A DNA stretch of 64,000 bases from Armatimonadota bacterium (GCA_016869025.1 VGFA01000001.1:140309-204308); one strand, 5' to 3'. Positions 1-8,742 are shown, numbered from the stretch's first letter. The notes: generated by a model not told the origin, from the sequence alone. Program-made: numbers and translations.

Positions 1-1
1 C

Positions 2-169
2 GTGTCCCGGTCAATGGACCTGGCCATGGAACTGCTGGCGACAGGCGGCGTGGACCTGCGGCCGCTGATCACGCACCGGTTTCCCCTGGCGGAGTTCCAT
101 CGCGCGATCGAGGTGGCTCTCGACAAGCGGCGGCACCGCGCCGTCAAGATCCTCCTGGCGCCCTCATAG
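2..169 (+). CDS. C-terminal fragment of a zinc-dependent medium-chain alcohol/polyol dehydrogenase; 5' part lies outside the window
   Basis: The frame reads ...GGVDLRPLITHRFPLAEFHRAIEVALDKRRHRAVKILLAPS*, which is a typical MDR-family C-terminus. The stop codon is at 167-169. Confidence 0.6.
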   Translation: MSRSMDLAMELLATGGVDLRPLITHRFPLAEFHRAIEVALDKRRHRAVKILLAPS

Positions 170-196
170 GGGTACGGATGCACCCCTCCCCTTCGT

Positions 197-206
197 CTGA
201 TAGAAT
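197..206 (+). promoter_or_regulatory. Candidate extended -10 element (TGaTAGAAT) upstream of the uspA-like gene
   Basis: The sequence tgatagaat at 198-206 is followed by a GGAGG ribosome-binding site 8 nt before the ATG at 240. Confidence 0.35.
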
Positions 207-239
207 ACGGGCACGCGCGCGCTCCACGGAGGTGTAGAC

Positions 240-695
240 ATGCCACCTCGCATCAGCACGATCTTGGTACCGGTTGATTTCTCCACGGGGTCCGCGGCTG
301 CGGTCGAGTGGGCTCAGGCCCTTGCCGGCGCTTTCGGCGCGAAGATCGTCCTGCTCAGCGTGATTGACGTATCGGTGAGTGCTATCATGGGCGGCCCTGG
401 CGGCGTCATGGTTCCGCCGCCCCCGGAATCGCTCCTGGACCAGATGCGTGAAGAGGCGCGCACGGAGATGGCGGCAGTGGCCGCCCGCGTGCCGGGCGCG
501 ACGCCCGTGATCAGGGAAGGCACGCCGCGGCACGAGATCCTCGAGGTTGCCGCCGAGGTCAAGGCAGACCTGATCGTCATGGGCACGCACGGACGCACGG
601 GGCTTGCGCACCTGCTGTTTGGGAGCGTGGCGGAGCACGTGGTCCGGCACGCCGAAGTACCCGTCTTCACCGTTAGGGGGTCAAAGGAGTCATGA
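240..695 (+). CDS. Universal stress protein (UspA family)
   Basis: 151 aa. The N-terminus ILVPVDFS and the motif IVMGTHGRTGLAHLLFGSVAEHVVRHAEVPVFTV are the classical Usp ATP-binding signature. Confidence 0.85.
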   Translation: MPPRISTILVPVDFSTGSAAAVEWAQALAGAFGAKIVLLSVIDVSVSAIMGGPGGVMVPPPPESLLDQMREEARTEMAAVAARVPGATPVIREGTPRHEILEVAAEVKADLIVMGTHGRTGLAHLLFGSVAEHVVRHAEVPVFTVRGSKES

Positions 696-1348
696 GATCC
701 AAGCGCCGTTCCCGGAAGGGGCTGTGGGCAATCGTCGGGGTCGTGGCCGTCGCTGGCGCAATCGGCGCGGCAGTCCTCCATTGGAGGACCGCGGCGCCCC
801 CGGCGGCCGCGCCGCCGCCACCTGCGCCGGAAGGATCTTCCGGCACGGCCCGCGGGCGCCTTGGCGCGCCGGTGACCCTCGAGATCTTCTCGGACTTCCG
901 GTGCAAGTACTGCGGCATCCTGGCCGAGTCGGTCGAGCCGCTCATAGTGTCCGAGTACGTCAACAAAGGGATCGTCCGAATGGTGTACAGGCAGTTCCCG
1001 GTGGGAGGCCCGCTTTCCGAGCAGGCCGCCGAGGCCAGCCTGTGCGCAGCCGACCAGGGCAAGTTCTGGGCGTACCACGGCGCGCTGTTCGCCCGCCTGC
1101 CCCGGGGTGAGCTGCGCGGGGCCGGGGACCTTGATTCCGCCGCGCGCGAGATCGGTCTCGACCAGGCGGCGTTCACCCGCTGCCTGCGCAGTGGGCAGAT
1201 GCGCGCCCGGGTAGCCGCCGACATGAATGAGGGGCTGCGGCGCGGCGTGCAGGGTACCCCGACCAGTTTCGTGGGCGGTCGGGCGATCGTAGGCGCTCAA
1301 CCCATAGAGGTGTTTCGTGCCGCCATCGAAGCCGCGCGCCCGCGCTAG
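692..1348 (+). CDS. DsbA-family thiol:disulfide oxidoreductase, membrane-anchored or secreted
   Basis: 218 aa with an N-terminal TM/signal segment. It has an FRCKYCG (CxxC) active site and a DsbA-like fold (QFPVGG...FWAYHGALF). The ATG overlaps the usp stop codon. Confidence 0.8.
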   Translation: MRSKRRSRKGLWAIVGVVAVAGAIGAAVLHWRTAAPPAAAPPPPAPEGSSGTARGRLGAPVTLEIFSDFRCKYCGILAESVEPLIVSEYVNKGIVRMVYRQFPVGGPLSEQAAEASLCAADQGKFWAYHGALFARLPRGELRGAGDLDSAAREIGLDQAAFTRCLRSGQMRARVAADMNEGLRRGVQGTPTSFVGGRAIVGAQPIEVFRAAIEAARPR

Positions 1349-1778
1349 CACGGTCGGCACCTCGGGCAGCGCCTGGCTGGCAGCGGCGGCGGTCGCGGTG
1401 GCCGGCATCGCGGTCTCCGGATACCTGCTCTTCAGCTATGCCCGGAACATCGCTCCCGTGTGCCTGGCAGGCCCGTGCGCCGAGGTCGCCACCAGTTCCT
1501 ATGCCCGGTTCCTCGGGATCCCGAACGCGGCCCTGGGGTTGATGCTCTACGTGGCCGTCGCCGCCGTAGCGATCGCGGCCTTGTCCCGCGTGCCGGTCAG
1601 GTCCTGGGCGTCTCCCGTAATGTTCGGCCTAGGGGTGTTCGGGGCGACCTTTTCTGTCTACCTCACCTGGCTGCAGGTGGCCGTGCTGCAGGCGGTCTGC
1701 GCCTGGTGCGCGCTGAGCGCGGTACTGTGGGTTGTGATGCTTGTGCTGTCGGTGGTGATCGCGCGCCGGGGTCCCTGA
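1317..1778 (+). CDS. Vitamin K epoxide reductase (VKOR) family protein, partner of the preceding DsbA
   Basis: 153 aa multi-TM protein with VCLAGPCAEV and CAWCAL motifs, which are the VKOR CxxC pairs. It overlaps the dsbA-like gene. Confidence 0.75.
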   Translation: MPPSKPRARASTVGTSGSAWLAAAAVAVAGIAVSGYLLFSYARNIAPVCLAGPCAEVATSSYARFLGIPNAALGLMLYVAVAAVAIAALSRVPVRSWASPVMFGLGVFGATFSVYLTWLQVAVLQAVCAWCALSAVLWVVMLVLSVVIARRGP

Positions 1779-1894
1779 GCCGCCCTCAGACTGAAGCCCG
1801 GCCAATATCCGTCCGGAACCCTATTGTGCCCCCATGTGGCTTCCCTACGATGGAGCCAGCCGCAAGCGCGGCGGAATCGGCGGGGTTGTGTGCC

Positions 1895-2605
1895 ATGCTT
1901 GTTCGCGATCGGATGAGTGCTCCAGCGATCACCGCGGAGACCAGGACCTCACTGGCAGAGGCCCTGGGCCTGATGCGCCGGCTCGGGATCCGCCGGCTCC
2001 CGGTGCTGCAGCGAAGCCGGCTCGTGGGGATCGTCACCTGGACCGACCTCATGCGCGCGCAGCCCTCCCTTGTCGCGGGGGTGGATGCCGAGGCGGCCGC
2101 TGCCTTCCTGGAGCGGACCGCGGTACGCGAGATCATGAGCCCGGGCCCCATCACGATAGGGCCCGACGCGCCGATCGAGGCCGCAGCGGTAATCATGCGG
2201 CGCGAGAAGATCGGCGGACTCCCGGTCGTCGAGAAGCGGTCGCTTCTGGGCGTGGTCACCGAGAGCGACATCTTCGAGGCGTTCATTGACCTCACCGGCC
2301 TGCGCCAGGACGGCGCACGTCTGGTGGTGGATCTTTCTGGCCGCGCAAATGCCATCGCCGGACTCGCGGCCATCGCCGACGGTGCCGGTGTTCCCCTTGA
2401 CTCTCTGGCCACCTACAGGCAGTGTGATCGAAGGCTGGCCGTAGTGCGCGTGGCCGCGCCGTACCCCCTGCACCTTGTTGAAGCGTTGAGCGAAGGGGGA
2501 TTCCCGGTGCTGCACCTTGCCGCCGCCCCGTCGGAATTGGACTCGATGAAGGGGAAGCGGCGGTACTCGACCTACTCTCGCGCCTGGGAGTCCACGGCGC
2601 GGTAG
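1895..2605 (+). CDS. CBS-CBS-ACT domain protein (AcuB-like paralogue 1)
   Basis: Two CBS motifs are present (GIRRLPVLQRSRLVGIVTWTDL and IGGLPVVEKRSLLGVVTESDIFEAF), followed by an ACT-like C-terminus. The start is chosen at MLVRDRM. The ORF-track N-terminal extension back to 1460 is Arg/Gly-rich and rejected. Confidence 0.75.
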   Translation: MLVRDRMSAPAITAETRTSLAEALGLMRRLGIRRLPVLQRSRLVGIVTWTDLMRAQPSLVAGVDAEAAAAFLERTAVREIMSPGPITIGPDAPIEAAAVIMRREKIGGLPVVEKRSLLGVVTESDIFEAFIDLTGLRQDGARLVVDLSGRANAIAGLAAIADGAGVPLDSLATYRQCDRRLAVVRVAAPYPLHLVEALSEGGFPVLHLAAAPSELDSMKGKRRYSTYSRAWESTAR

Positions 2606-2778
2606 GAGCAATCCTGGCGACGGTGGTGGTGCGGACACTCCTCACCCCCCGTCGGACAACCGATGCGGAGACTGCGCCGCCACCCCGCCAGGAGTTCCGC
2701 GACGACCCTGAAGCGTCCATAGAGCCGGGAGAGTATTCCCCGGTCTGACCCAATGTGCAATACTCTACCTCCGGAGCC

Positions 2779-3015
2779 ATGTGTCTGGCATTGCCGCACC
2801 GCATCACTCGGATTCTCGATTCTCGGAGGGCCCTAGCAGAGGGCCCCGACGGGGAGCGCACGATTTCGACTGACCTTGTCGGTGAACTTGCCCCAGGAGC
2901 GTATGTCATTGTGGTCTATGGGGCCGCTATCCGCGAAGTCGCCCCGGACGAGGCGGCCGAGATCCTCGGGCTCGTGGCCGAGCTCACCGCGCAGGATCCG
3001 CCCCTAACGCAATGA
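2779..3015 (+). CDS. hypC: Hydrogenase maturation factor HypC/HupF
   Basis: It begins MCLALP, the invariant Met-Cys-Leu-(A/G)-(I/V)-Pro N-terminus of HypC, and is 78 aa long. Its TGA overlaps the ATG of the next gene. Confidence 0.8.
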   Translation: MCLALPHRITRILDSRRALAEGPDGERTISTDLVGELAPGAYVIVVYGAAIREVAPDEAAEILGLVAELTAQDPPLTQ

Positions 3016-4571
3016 TCCGCTCACAGCCCTTGCGCCCCGCGGGTGCGCGCCGTCCCCTGGCAGCGTTGGTCGTGGCGCTGATCCTCCTGCTCGCTTGCTC
3101 TGGTGGCGCCGGGGCGTTGCCTGCCGGGCCGTTGCGGCTGGTGTGGTGGACTGATGTGGGGTTTCCGACGCCGTTTGCCGTCTCCACCCTGGGACCGGGC
3201 GGAGTGGTGCGCCTCTCGCTCCTCTACGACACCCTTGTCTGGAAGGATCACACCGGTGTGATTCCCTGGCTGGCAGAGTCGTGGCGGATCTCCGGCGACG
3301 GCAGGCGGTGGACGTTCACCCTGCGCCCTGACGTGGTCTGGCACGACGGCCGCCCCCTGACGGCCCGCGACGTGCAGTTCACCTTTGAGTACTACCGCCC
3401 CCACCCCTTTGTATGGGTTGACACATCCGTTGTTGCTGAGGTCACCACGGACGGCCCGCGCACCGTGACCTTCGTGCTCCGCGAACCCTTCGCGCCCTTC
3501 CTCGAGGACATCGCCGGAATCATCCCCGTCGTTCCGGCGCACGTCTGGGAAGGGGTGGCAGAGCCGCGTAAGGCGCAGGGTGTGGGTATGGCGACCGGCT
3601 CAGGGCCGTATCGGCTGGCAGAGTACCGGCCGGGAACCGGTGAGTACCGGCTCGAGGCAAACCACCGGTACTTCCGGGGTCGGCCCAGGTTCGAGGAGAT
3701 CCAGTACACGGTCATCCCCGCGGAACGGCAGTTGCTGGCCATTCAGAGCGGCCAGTCGGATGTGGCAATGGCCGATACCTACGACGTGGTGCGCGCGTTC
3801 TCCGGTCACCCATACTTACGGACCTGGCAGAGCGAGCCCCTGTCGGTTGCGCGCCTGCTGTTCAACACGGAGCGGCCGCCATTCGACCAGAGGGCGGCTC
3901 GCCAGTCCGTGGCCTACGGGATCAACCGCACGCAACTGGCGACGCTGGTCACGCGCGGGCCAGGGGTTCCTGGAAGCCCGGGCATCGTCCCGCCCACGGA
4001 CCGCTGGCATAACCCGCGCATCCGGGCCTATCCCTACGATCCAAGCAAGGCGCGGAGTCTGGTCGCGCAGGCAGGCCTGACGTCCCTGGCGTTTGAGCTC
4101 CTGGCCAGCCCTTCGCCGGTGGTGCCGGTAGTGCAGGAGATGCTGCGGCGCGCCGGGATCGAGGTGTCGGTGCGCACCGTGGACGCCCGGACCAGGGCCG
4201 CCCTGGTTGCGGAGGGCAAGTACCAGGCGGCGTTGACGTTTCACATAGGGGCCGGTGGGGACCCCGACTACCTGCGGCGGTGGCTCGGCGGCGGAGAGGC
4301 GAACCTCTTTGGGCAGTCCGCGGGGTTTACCCACCCCGAGTTCCGGCGCCTGGCCGCAGGGCAGGCCCGGACCCTGGATCAGGCCGCCCGCCGCGCGAGC
4401 GTCCACCGGATGCAAGAAATCCTGGCTGACGAACTTCCTACCCTTGCGCTCTACTACAGGCGGTTCTACTGGGTCTACGACAGCCGCAAGTTCATCCCCA
4501 CAGCCACGGCCGGGGGCCTGATGAACGGGATCCCGCTGATAGAGAACAAGCTCGCGTTCCTGGGGCGGTAG
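3012..4571 (+). CDS. ABC transporter substrate-binding protein, family 5 (Nik/Opp/Dpp type), probably nickel-related given its position
   Basis: 519 aa with a signal peptide and a family-5 solute-binding fold. Its start overlaps the hypC stop codon (ATGA). Confidence 0.8.
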   Translation: MIRSQPLRPAGARRPLAALVVALILLLACSGGAGALPAGPLRLVWWTDVGFPTPFAVSTLGPGGVVRLSLLYDTLVWKDHTGVIPWLAESWRISGDGRRWTFTLRPDVVWHDGRPLTARDVQFTFEYYRPHPFVWVDTSVVAEVTTDGPRTVTFVLREPFAPFLEDIAGIIPVVPAHVWEGVAEPRKAQGVGMATGSGPYRLAEYRPGTGEYRLEANHRYFRGRPRFEEIQYTVIPAERQLLAIQSGQSDVAMADTYDVVRAFSGHPYLRTWQSEPLSVARLLFNTERPPFDQRAARQSVAYGINRTQLATLVTRGPGVPGSPGIVPPTDRWHNPRIRAYPYDPSKARSLVAQAGLTSLAFELLASPSPVVPVVQEMLRRAGIEVSVRTVDARTRAALVAEGKYQAALTFHIGAGGDPDYLRRWLGGGEANLFGQSAGFTHPEFRRLAAGQARTLDQAARRASVHRMQEILADELPTLALYYRRFYWVYDSRKFIPTATAGGLMNGIPLIENKLAFLGR

Positions 4572-4589
4572 CCGGGGGCAGAGGAGACC

Positions 4590-5549
4590 GTGCGGCGCCT
4601 GGTACGCTACGCCGGGCTGGTGTGCATTGTAGTACTGCTGAACTTCCTCGTGCCGCGGCTGCTTCCCGGGAGTCCGGCAGCAGGCGGGGGCGGCGACGAG
4701 GCGGCGGTTCTGCCGTCTGCCGCCTACCGATCCCTGGTTGCCACCTATCACCTCGACCTCCCGCTGCCGGCCCAGCTCGCCAGATACATTGCCGGGTTGC
4801 CCAGGGGAGACCTGGGGTGGTCGTTGACATCGCACCGTCCGGTTGCCCGCATTCTGATGGAGCGGCTGCCCTGGACGCTCCTTCTTGTTGGCAGCGCCGT
4901 GGTGCTGGCCGCCGCGTTCGGCGGTGTCCTGGGGTGGGCGGCCGCCTGGTACGGTCGCCGCCGGGCCGTCCGCGTTCTGACCGCGGCCACCGTGGGAGTG
5001 GGCGCCCTGCCCGAGTTCCTGATCGGCATGGCGCTGATAGTTGTGTTCTCTTCTCGCCTGCAGATCTTCCCATCCGGTGGTGCCACCACCCCGTTTGCCG
5101 GCCATCATGGACTGATGCAGGCCGTGCTCGATGTGGCCTGGCACGCGGCGCTCCCGGGGTTCACGCTCGTCCTTGGCCTCACGCCGGCCTTTGCCCTGCT
5201 GATGCGCAATGCGCTCGTGCCGCTGCTGAGTGAACGGTACCTGGTGACGGCACGGGCCAAGGGGCTCACCTCCAGGCGTGTCGCCTGGCACGCGCTTCGC
5301 AACGCGTTGCCACCCGTGGCCACGCTCCTGGGACTCCGGCTGGGTACGGCAGTCGCCGGAGCGGCCGTGGTCGAGCGCATCTTTGCCTACCCTGGGATGG
5401 GCATGCTTCTGTACGAGGCGATAAGCACGCGCGACTACCCCTTGATGCAGGGCGTGTTTCTGGTAGCCAGCCTGGCGGTGCTGACGGTGAACCTGCTTCT
5501 GGACCTCGTTGCCGCCAGGCTCGATCCTCGACTCGAGGGCCAGGCGTGA
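4590..5549 (+). CDS. ABC transporter permease (DppB/NikB-like)
   Basis: 319 aa polytopic protein. It carries the binding-protein-dependent permease signature around RNALPPVATLLGLRLG. Confidence 0.8.
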   Translation: MRRLVRYAGLVCIVVLLNFLVPRLLPGSPAAGGGGDEAAVLPSAAYRSLVATYHLDLPLPAQLARYIAGLPRGDLGWSLTSHRPVARILMERLPWTLLLVGSAVVLAAAFGGVLGWAAAWYGRRRAVRVLTAATVGVGALPEFLIGMALIVVFSSRLQIFPSGGATTPFAGHHGLMQAVLDVAWHAALPGFTLVLGLTPAFALLMRNALVPLLSERYLVTARAKGLTSRRVAWHALRNALPPVATLLGLRLGTAVAGAAVVERIFAYPGMGMLLYEAISTRDYPLMQGVFLVASLAVLTVNLLLDLVAARLDPRLEGQA

Positions 5550-6397
5550 ACGCGCACGGCCGCCCGCGGCGCCGGCCGAACGGGCGAGGCACGGCCGCGA
5601 CCGGAGCCGCGGTGCTGGTCGCCCTTATCCTCCTGGCGATGGCCGCGCCCCTGCTGTCCCCTGAGGAGCCCGACCGCATAGCCGGAGATCCGGCCGCACC
5701 TCCTGGCCCGCGGTTCTGGCTGGGCACCAACGCGATGGGGCAGGACCTGTTCAGCCACCTGCTCTACGGCGCGCGGACCTCTCTCCTGGTGGGGTTTCTT
5801 GCCGCCTGCCTGTCCACGGGCCTCTCCGCCGCGGTCGGCATCTCCGCGGGGATGTGGCGGCGGGGCCAGGGCATGCTCATGGCGCTGGTGGACCTCTTCC
5901 TGGCCTTGCCCCAGGTGCCGCTCATCGTGCTGATGGTGGTCTTCTGGGGCCCGGGCTTCTGGCCGCTCGTGGGAACCCTGGCCCTGATCGGATGGGCCGC
6001 GTTCGCGCGCATCGTGCGCGCACAGGTTTCGGTTACCCTACGGAAGGAGTACGTTGAGGCGGCGCGCGCGCTGGGGGCTTCGGAAGGACGCGTGCTGCGG
6101 GCAATCGTCCTGATGGAGGTGGCCCCGATCCTGTTCACGAAGTTCCTGCTGACGGTGCGGTGGGCGGTCCTAATGGAGGCCACGCTGGGGCTGCTGGGAC
6201 TCGCCGATCCCGGTCGCGTGAGCTGGGGGCTCGTGCTCCACCAGGCCTTTGGGTACCCGCTGCTCTTCCTGAATGGCGCCTGGCTCTGGTGGGCTGTTCC
6301 CCCGGCTATCGGGATCGTGGTCGTGACCCTGGCCTTGATGGCCGTGGGGCAGGACGTTGACTTGTGGCTCAACCCGGCCATGCGTCCTCCGGCGTGA
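5546..6397 (+). CDS. ABC transporter permease (DppC/NikC-like)
   Basis: 283 aa polytopic permease. Its ATG overlaps the previous stop. No ATPase gene follows. Confidence 0.8.
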   Translation: MNAHGRPRRRPNGRGTAATGAAVLVALILLAMAAPLLSPEEPDRIAGDPAAPPGPRFWLGTNAMGQDLFSHLLYGARTSLLVGFLAACLSTGLSAAVGISAGMWRRGQGMLMALVDLFLALPQVPLIVLMVVFWGPGFWPLVGTLALIGWAAFARIVRAQVSVTLRKEYVEAARALGASEGRVLRAIVLMEVAPILFTKFLLTVRWAVLMEATLGLLGLADPGRVSWGLVLHQAFGYPLLFLNGAWLWWAVPPAIGIVVVTLALMAVGQDVDLWLNPAMRPPA

Positions 6398-6480
6398 ACC
6401 CTAGGGACGTCGCAAACGACCGGTCGTGCGCGGCACCTATGGGCGCCTCGCGGCCCATATCCTATGATGTCCACGGAGGG

Positions 6481-7269
6481 ATGCCCCGAATGCTGACTGG
6501 GTCGCTTCAGGTCGGCCCCCCTGTTCCTGCCGCCGCGGGAGCAGGAGGCGTCCTGGACGGCACGCTGCTGTTTGCCCGGTTCGCCTTCATGCCCAATCAC
6601 CTGGGCTACTGCGGCGACGACTCCAACGCCACGCTCCTCGCCTACATGCGGGAAAGCGTATCCGATCAGGGGCTGCGCCGCCACCTCAACGCGTTCTCCG
6701 GAGCCCTGCCCTATCTTCGTGTGATCGCGGAGTCCAACGGCATAGCCGATCCGTTTGACGCGCGGGTTGTGGAGGCATACTGGATCGGCAACGGCCTTCT
6801 GGAGACCGTGGACTGGGCGTTTCACGCCAGGCGTCTCCACGAGCGGTTCAGCGGCCGCGTGCGCCCGGCCACCATGGAGCTGCTGGTGGGCAAGCCGCGC
6901 GCCGGTGCGCGTGCCCACCACGCCTTCCACGTGTTCGACGTATCATTCCGTACCGGACTGCCCCAGGGCGATGCAGCGCTGGATCTCTGCCGCATCGGCT
7001 GGGGGACGGTCAACGCAGTGGAACCCGTTGCCTTCACGGTGACGTACCGGCCGATCGTCCTGCGACAGGGACGGCTTTGCTTTGGCGAGCCCCAGACGGA
7101 GCGTGTGCTTCGGGCGATGGGCACGGATCAGTTCCTGGATGAAGCGTCGGTGGGAGACGTGATCGCCTTCCACTGGCGGTGGGCATGCCTCAAGCTCACC
7201 CCGGCGCAGGTGGCCAACCTCGAACGGTACACCCAGGGCATGCTGGCCCTGGCAAACCAGACTTTCTGA
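6481..7269 (+). CDS. Conserved hypothetical protein embedded in the nickel-transport/hyp cluster
   Basis: The ORF runs 6364-7269. The likely start is the ATG at 6481 or 6490, because a GGAGGG sits 9 nt before 6490. No recognisable catalytic motif was found. It has four Cys residues. The sequence is soluble. Confidence 0.5.
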   Translation: MPRMLTGSLQVGPPVPAAAGAGGVLDGTLLFARFAFMPNHLGYCGDDSNATLLAYMRESVSDQGLRRHLNAFSGALPYLRVIAESNGIADPFDARVVEAYWIGNGLLETVDWAFHARRLHERFSGRVRPATMELLVGKPRAGARAHHAFHVFDVSFRTGLPQGDAALDLCRIGWGTVNAVEPVAFTVTYRPIVLRQGRLCFGEPQTERVLRAMGTDQFLDEASVGDVIAFHWRWACLKLTPAQVANLERYTQGMLALANQTF

Positions 7270-7280
7270 GGCAGAGCCGG

Positions 7281-7520
7281 ATGCACGAGGTGGCAATCGC
7301 ACAGGCCCTGCTGACCGAGGTAGAAGCCGCGGCTTCGCGGCACGGCCTGAAGAGCGTTTCAGCGGTGGGCATCTGCGTGGGACAGAACAGCGGCGTCGCG
7401 GCAGAGCCCTTGATGCAGGCGTTCGAGATCCTACGCGGGGGCTGCGCGGGTTGCGCGGTGCTCGATCTGAGGACCACCGAGGGCACCGACCTCCGCATGG
7501 AGTGGCTGGAGGGAGAATGA
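7281..7520 (+). CDS. hypA: HypA-like nickel-insertion protein, N-terminal Ni domain only (zinc finger absent)
   Basis: It starts MHEVAIAQALL, which carries the HypA Met-His-Glu nickel-binding N-terminus. It is only 79 aa. It has a single CAGC pair instead of the CxxC-x12-CxxC zinc site. The stop overlaps the hypB ATG. Confidence 0.65.
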   Translation: MHEVAIAQALLTEVEAAASRHGLKSVSAVGICVGQNSGVAAEPLMQAFEILRGGCAGCAVLDLRTTEGTDLRMEWLEGE

Positions 7521-8251
7521 CCGTGCGCGTGGAGGTAGTGGAGCGCATCCTGCGTGCCAACGATGCGCTGGCCGCCGAGGTCCGCGGACTGCTCGACCGG
7601 GCTGGCATCACGGCCGTCAACCTGATTGGTTCCCCGGGCAGCGGTAAGACCTCTCTCCTGGAACGGACTGCGGCCCTGCTCCACCCACGCCTTCGCCTCG
7701 GTGTCATAGAGGGAGACATCGCCACGACCCGCGATGCGGAGCGCGTTGCCCGCTGCGGTATCCCCGCAGTGCAGATCGAGACCCGCCTGGTAGGCAACGC
7801 GTGCCACCTGGACGCGAGCATGGTACAGACCGCGCTCGGTCGCCTGCCGCTGGCGGACGTGCAGGTCCTGTTCATCGAGAACGTCGGAAACCTGGTCTGT
7901 CCCGCGGCGTACGACGTCGGCGAGCACCTGCGCGTCGTGGTGGCAAGCGTTCCCGAGGGCGACGACAAGGTGTACAAGTATCCGTCCACATTCTCCAGGG
8001 CAGACGCGGTGGTCCTGAACAAGATAGACCTCGTTGCGGCCACCGAGTTCTCGCTCGAGGTCTTCACAGCCGGGCTGCGCGAGGTAACGGCGGCGCCGCT
8101 CTTCCCGGTCTCGGCACGCACCGGAGAAGGCGTGGCGGACTGGATCACCTGGATAGAGGCACGGCAGACCTGTCACGCGCGCGATGCGGCCCACCCCGCA
8201 ACGGCCGCCGGTCAGGATCCGGCGGTGTCAGACGGCACAGGGGCGGGCTAG
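7517..8251 (+). CDS. hypB: Hydrogenase nickel incorporation GTPase HypB
   Basis: It has a GSPGSGKTSL P-loop, an ENVGNLVCP motif and an NKIDL motif. The N-terminus lacks the Cys/His-rich metal site found in many HypB proteins. Confidence 0.9.
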   Translation: MTVRVEVVERILRANDALAAEVRGLLDRAGITAVNLIGSPGSGKTSLLERTAALLHPRLRLGVIEGDIATTRDAERVARCGIPAVQIETRLVGNACHLDASMVQTALGRLPLADVQVLFIENVGNLVCPAAYDVGEHLRVVVASVPEGDDKVYKYPSTFSRADAVVLNKIDLVAATEFSLEVFTAGLREVTAAPLFPVSARTGEGVADWITWIEARQTCHARDAAHPATAAGQDPAVSDGTGAG

Positions 8252-8265
8252 TCAAGGGGGACGAC

Positions 8266-8742
8266 ATGGAGGGATACTCTCCGACCGAGTTGCTGCGCTC
8301 CTCGCACCTGTTTGGGGCGCTGGAGCCCCAGCATCTGGAGAAGCTGGCCGCGATTGCCTCGGAGGTCACCTGGGCCGAGGGCCAGGTGATATTCCGGGAA
8401 GGCGAGGCCGATGACAGGTTGTACCTGGTGGTTGAGGGACTGGTGGCGCTGGAGATGTACATCCCCAATCGCGGCCGCGCCACGATCCTGACCGCCGGCC
8501 CGCACGAGATATTCGGGTGGTCGGCGGCCGTACCGGTTGTCGGGAAGAAGACCGCCGGCGCGCGCGCCCTGCAGAGGACGCGGGCCATTGCCATAGATGC
8601 GGGCGCGCTGTGCGCGGCCTGCGAGCAGGATCACGACCTCGGCTTCTACGTCTATCGCACCCTGGCAGATGTTATTGCCAGCCGCCTGACCGCGACGCGC
8701 CTGCAACTGCTGGACGTGTACGCGGTTGGCAAGGGAGAGTGA
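8266..8742 (+). CDS. Stand-alone cyclic-nucleotide-binding (CAP effector) domain protein, no DNA-binding domain
   Basis: 158 aa with a CAP_ED fold (FGALEP...IFGWSAAVPVVGKKTAGARALQ). The phosphate-binding Arg-Thr-Ala is Lys-Thr-Ala here. Its 3' end overlaps the hydrogenase beta subunit gene. Confidence 0.7.
   Translation: MEGYSPTELLRSSHLFGALEPQHLEKLAAIASEVTWAEGQVIFREGEADDRLYLVVEGLVALEMYIPNRGRATILTAGPHEIFGWSAAVPVVGKKTAGARALQRTRAIAIDAGALCAACEQDHDLGFYVYRTLADVIASRLTATRLQLLDVYAVGKGE

Noticed and set aside
1460-1894. N-terminal extension of the CBS-ACT ORF back to 1460
   Set aside because: The extension is Arg/Gly-rich, overlaps the VKOR gene, and has no similarity. The conserved CBS protein N-terminus begins at MLVRDRM (1895).
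3816-5291. 491-aa minus-strand ORF, along with many other long antisense ORFs (for example 6943-8148 -, 24237-26420 -, 35860-37467 -, 55935-57431 -, 59821-60567 -)
   Set aside because: They lie antisense to well-supported genes. Their Arg/Pro/Gly-rich low-complexity translations are typical of frames left open by 70% GC content. They show no domain signatures.
7281-7520. Possibility that the short hypA is a frameshifted pseudogene
   Set aside because: This is not rejected outright. However, the ORF ends with a clean ATGA overlap onto hypB, and no out-of-frame zinc-finger (CxxC...CxxC) coding potential is visible downstream. It is reported as a mini HypA with a caveat.
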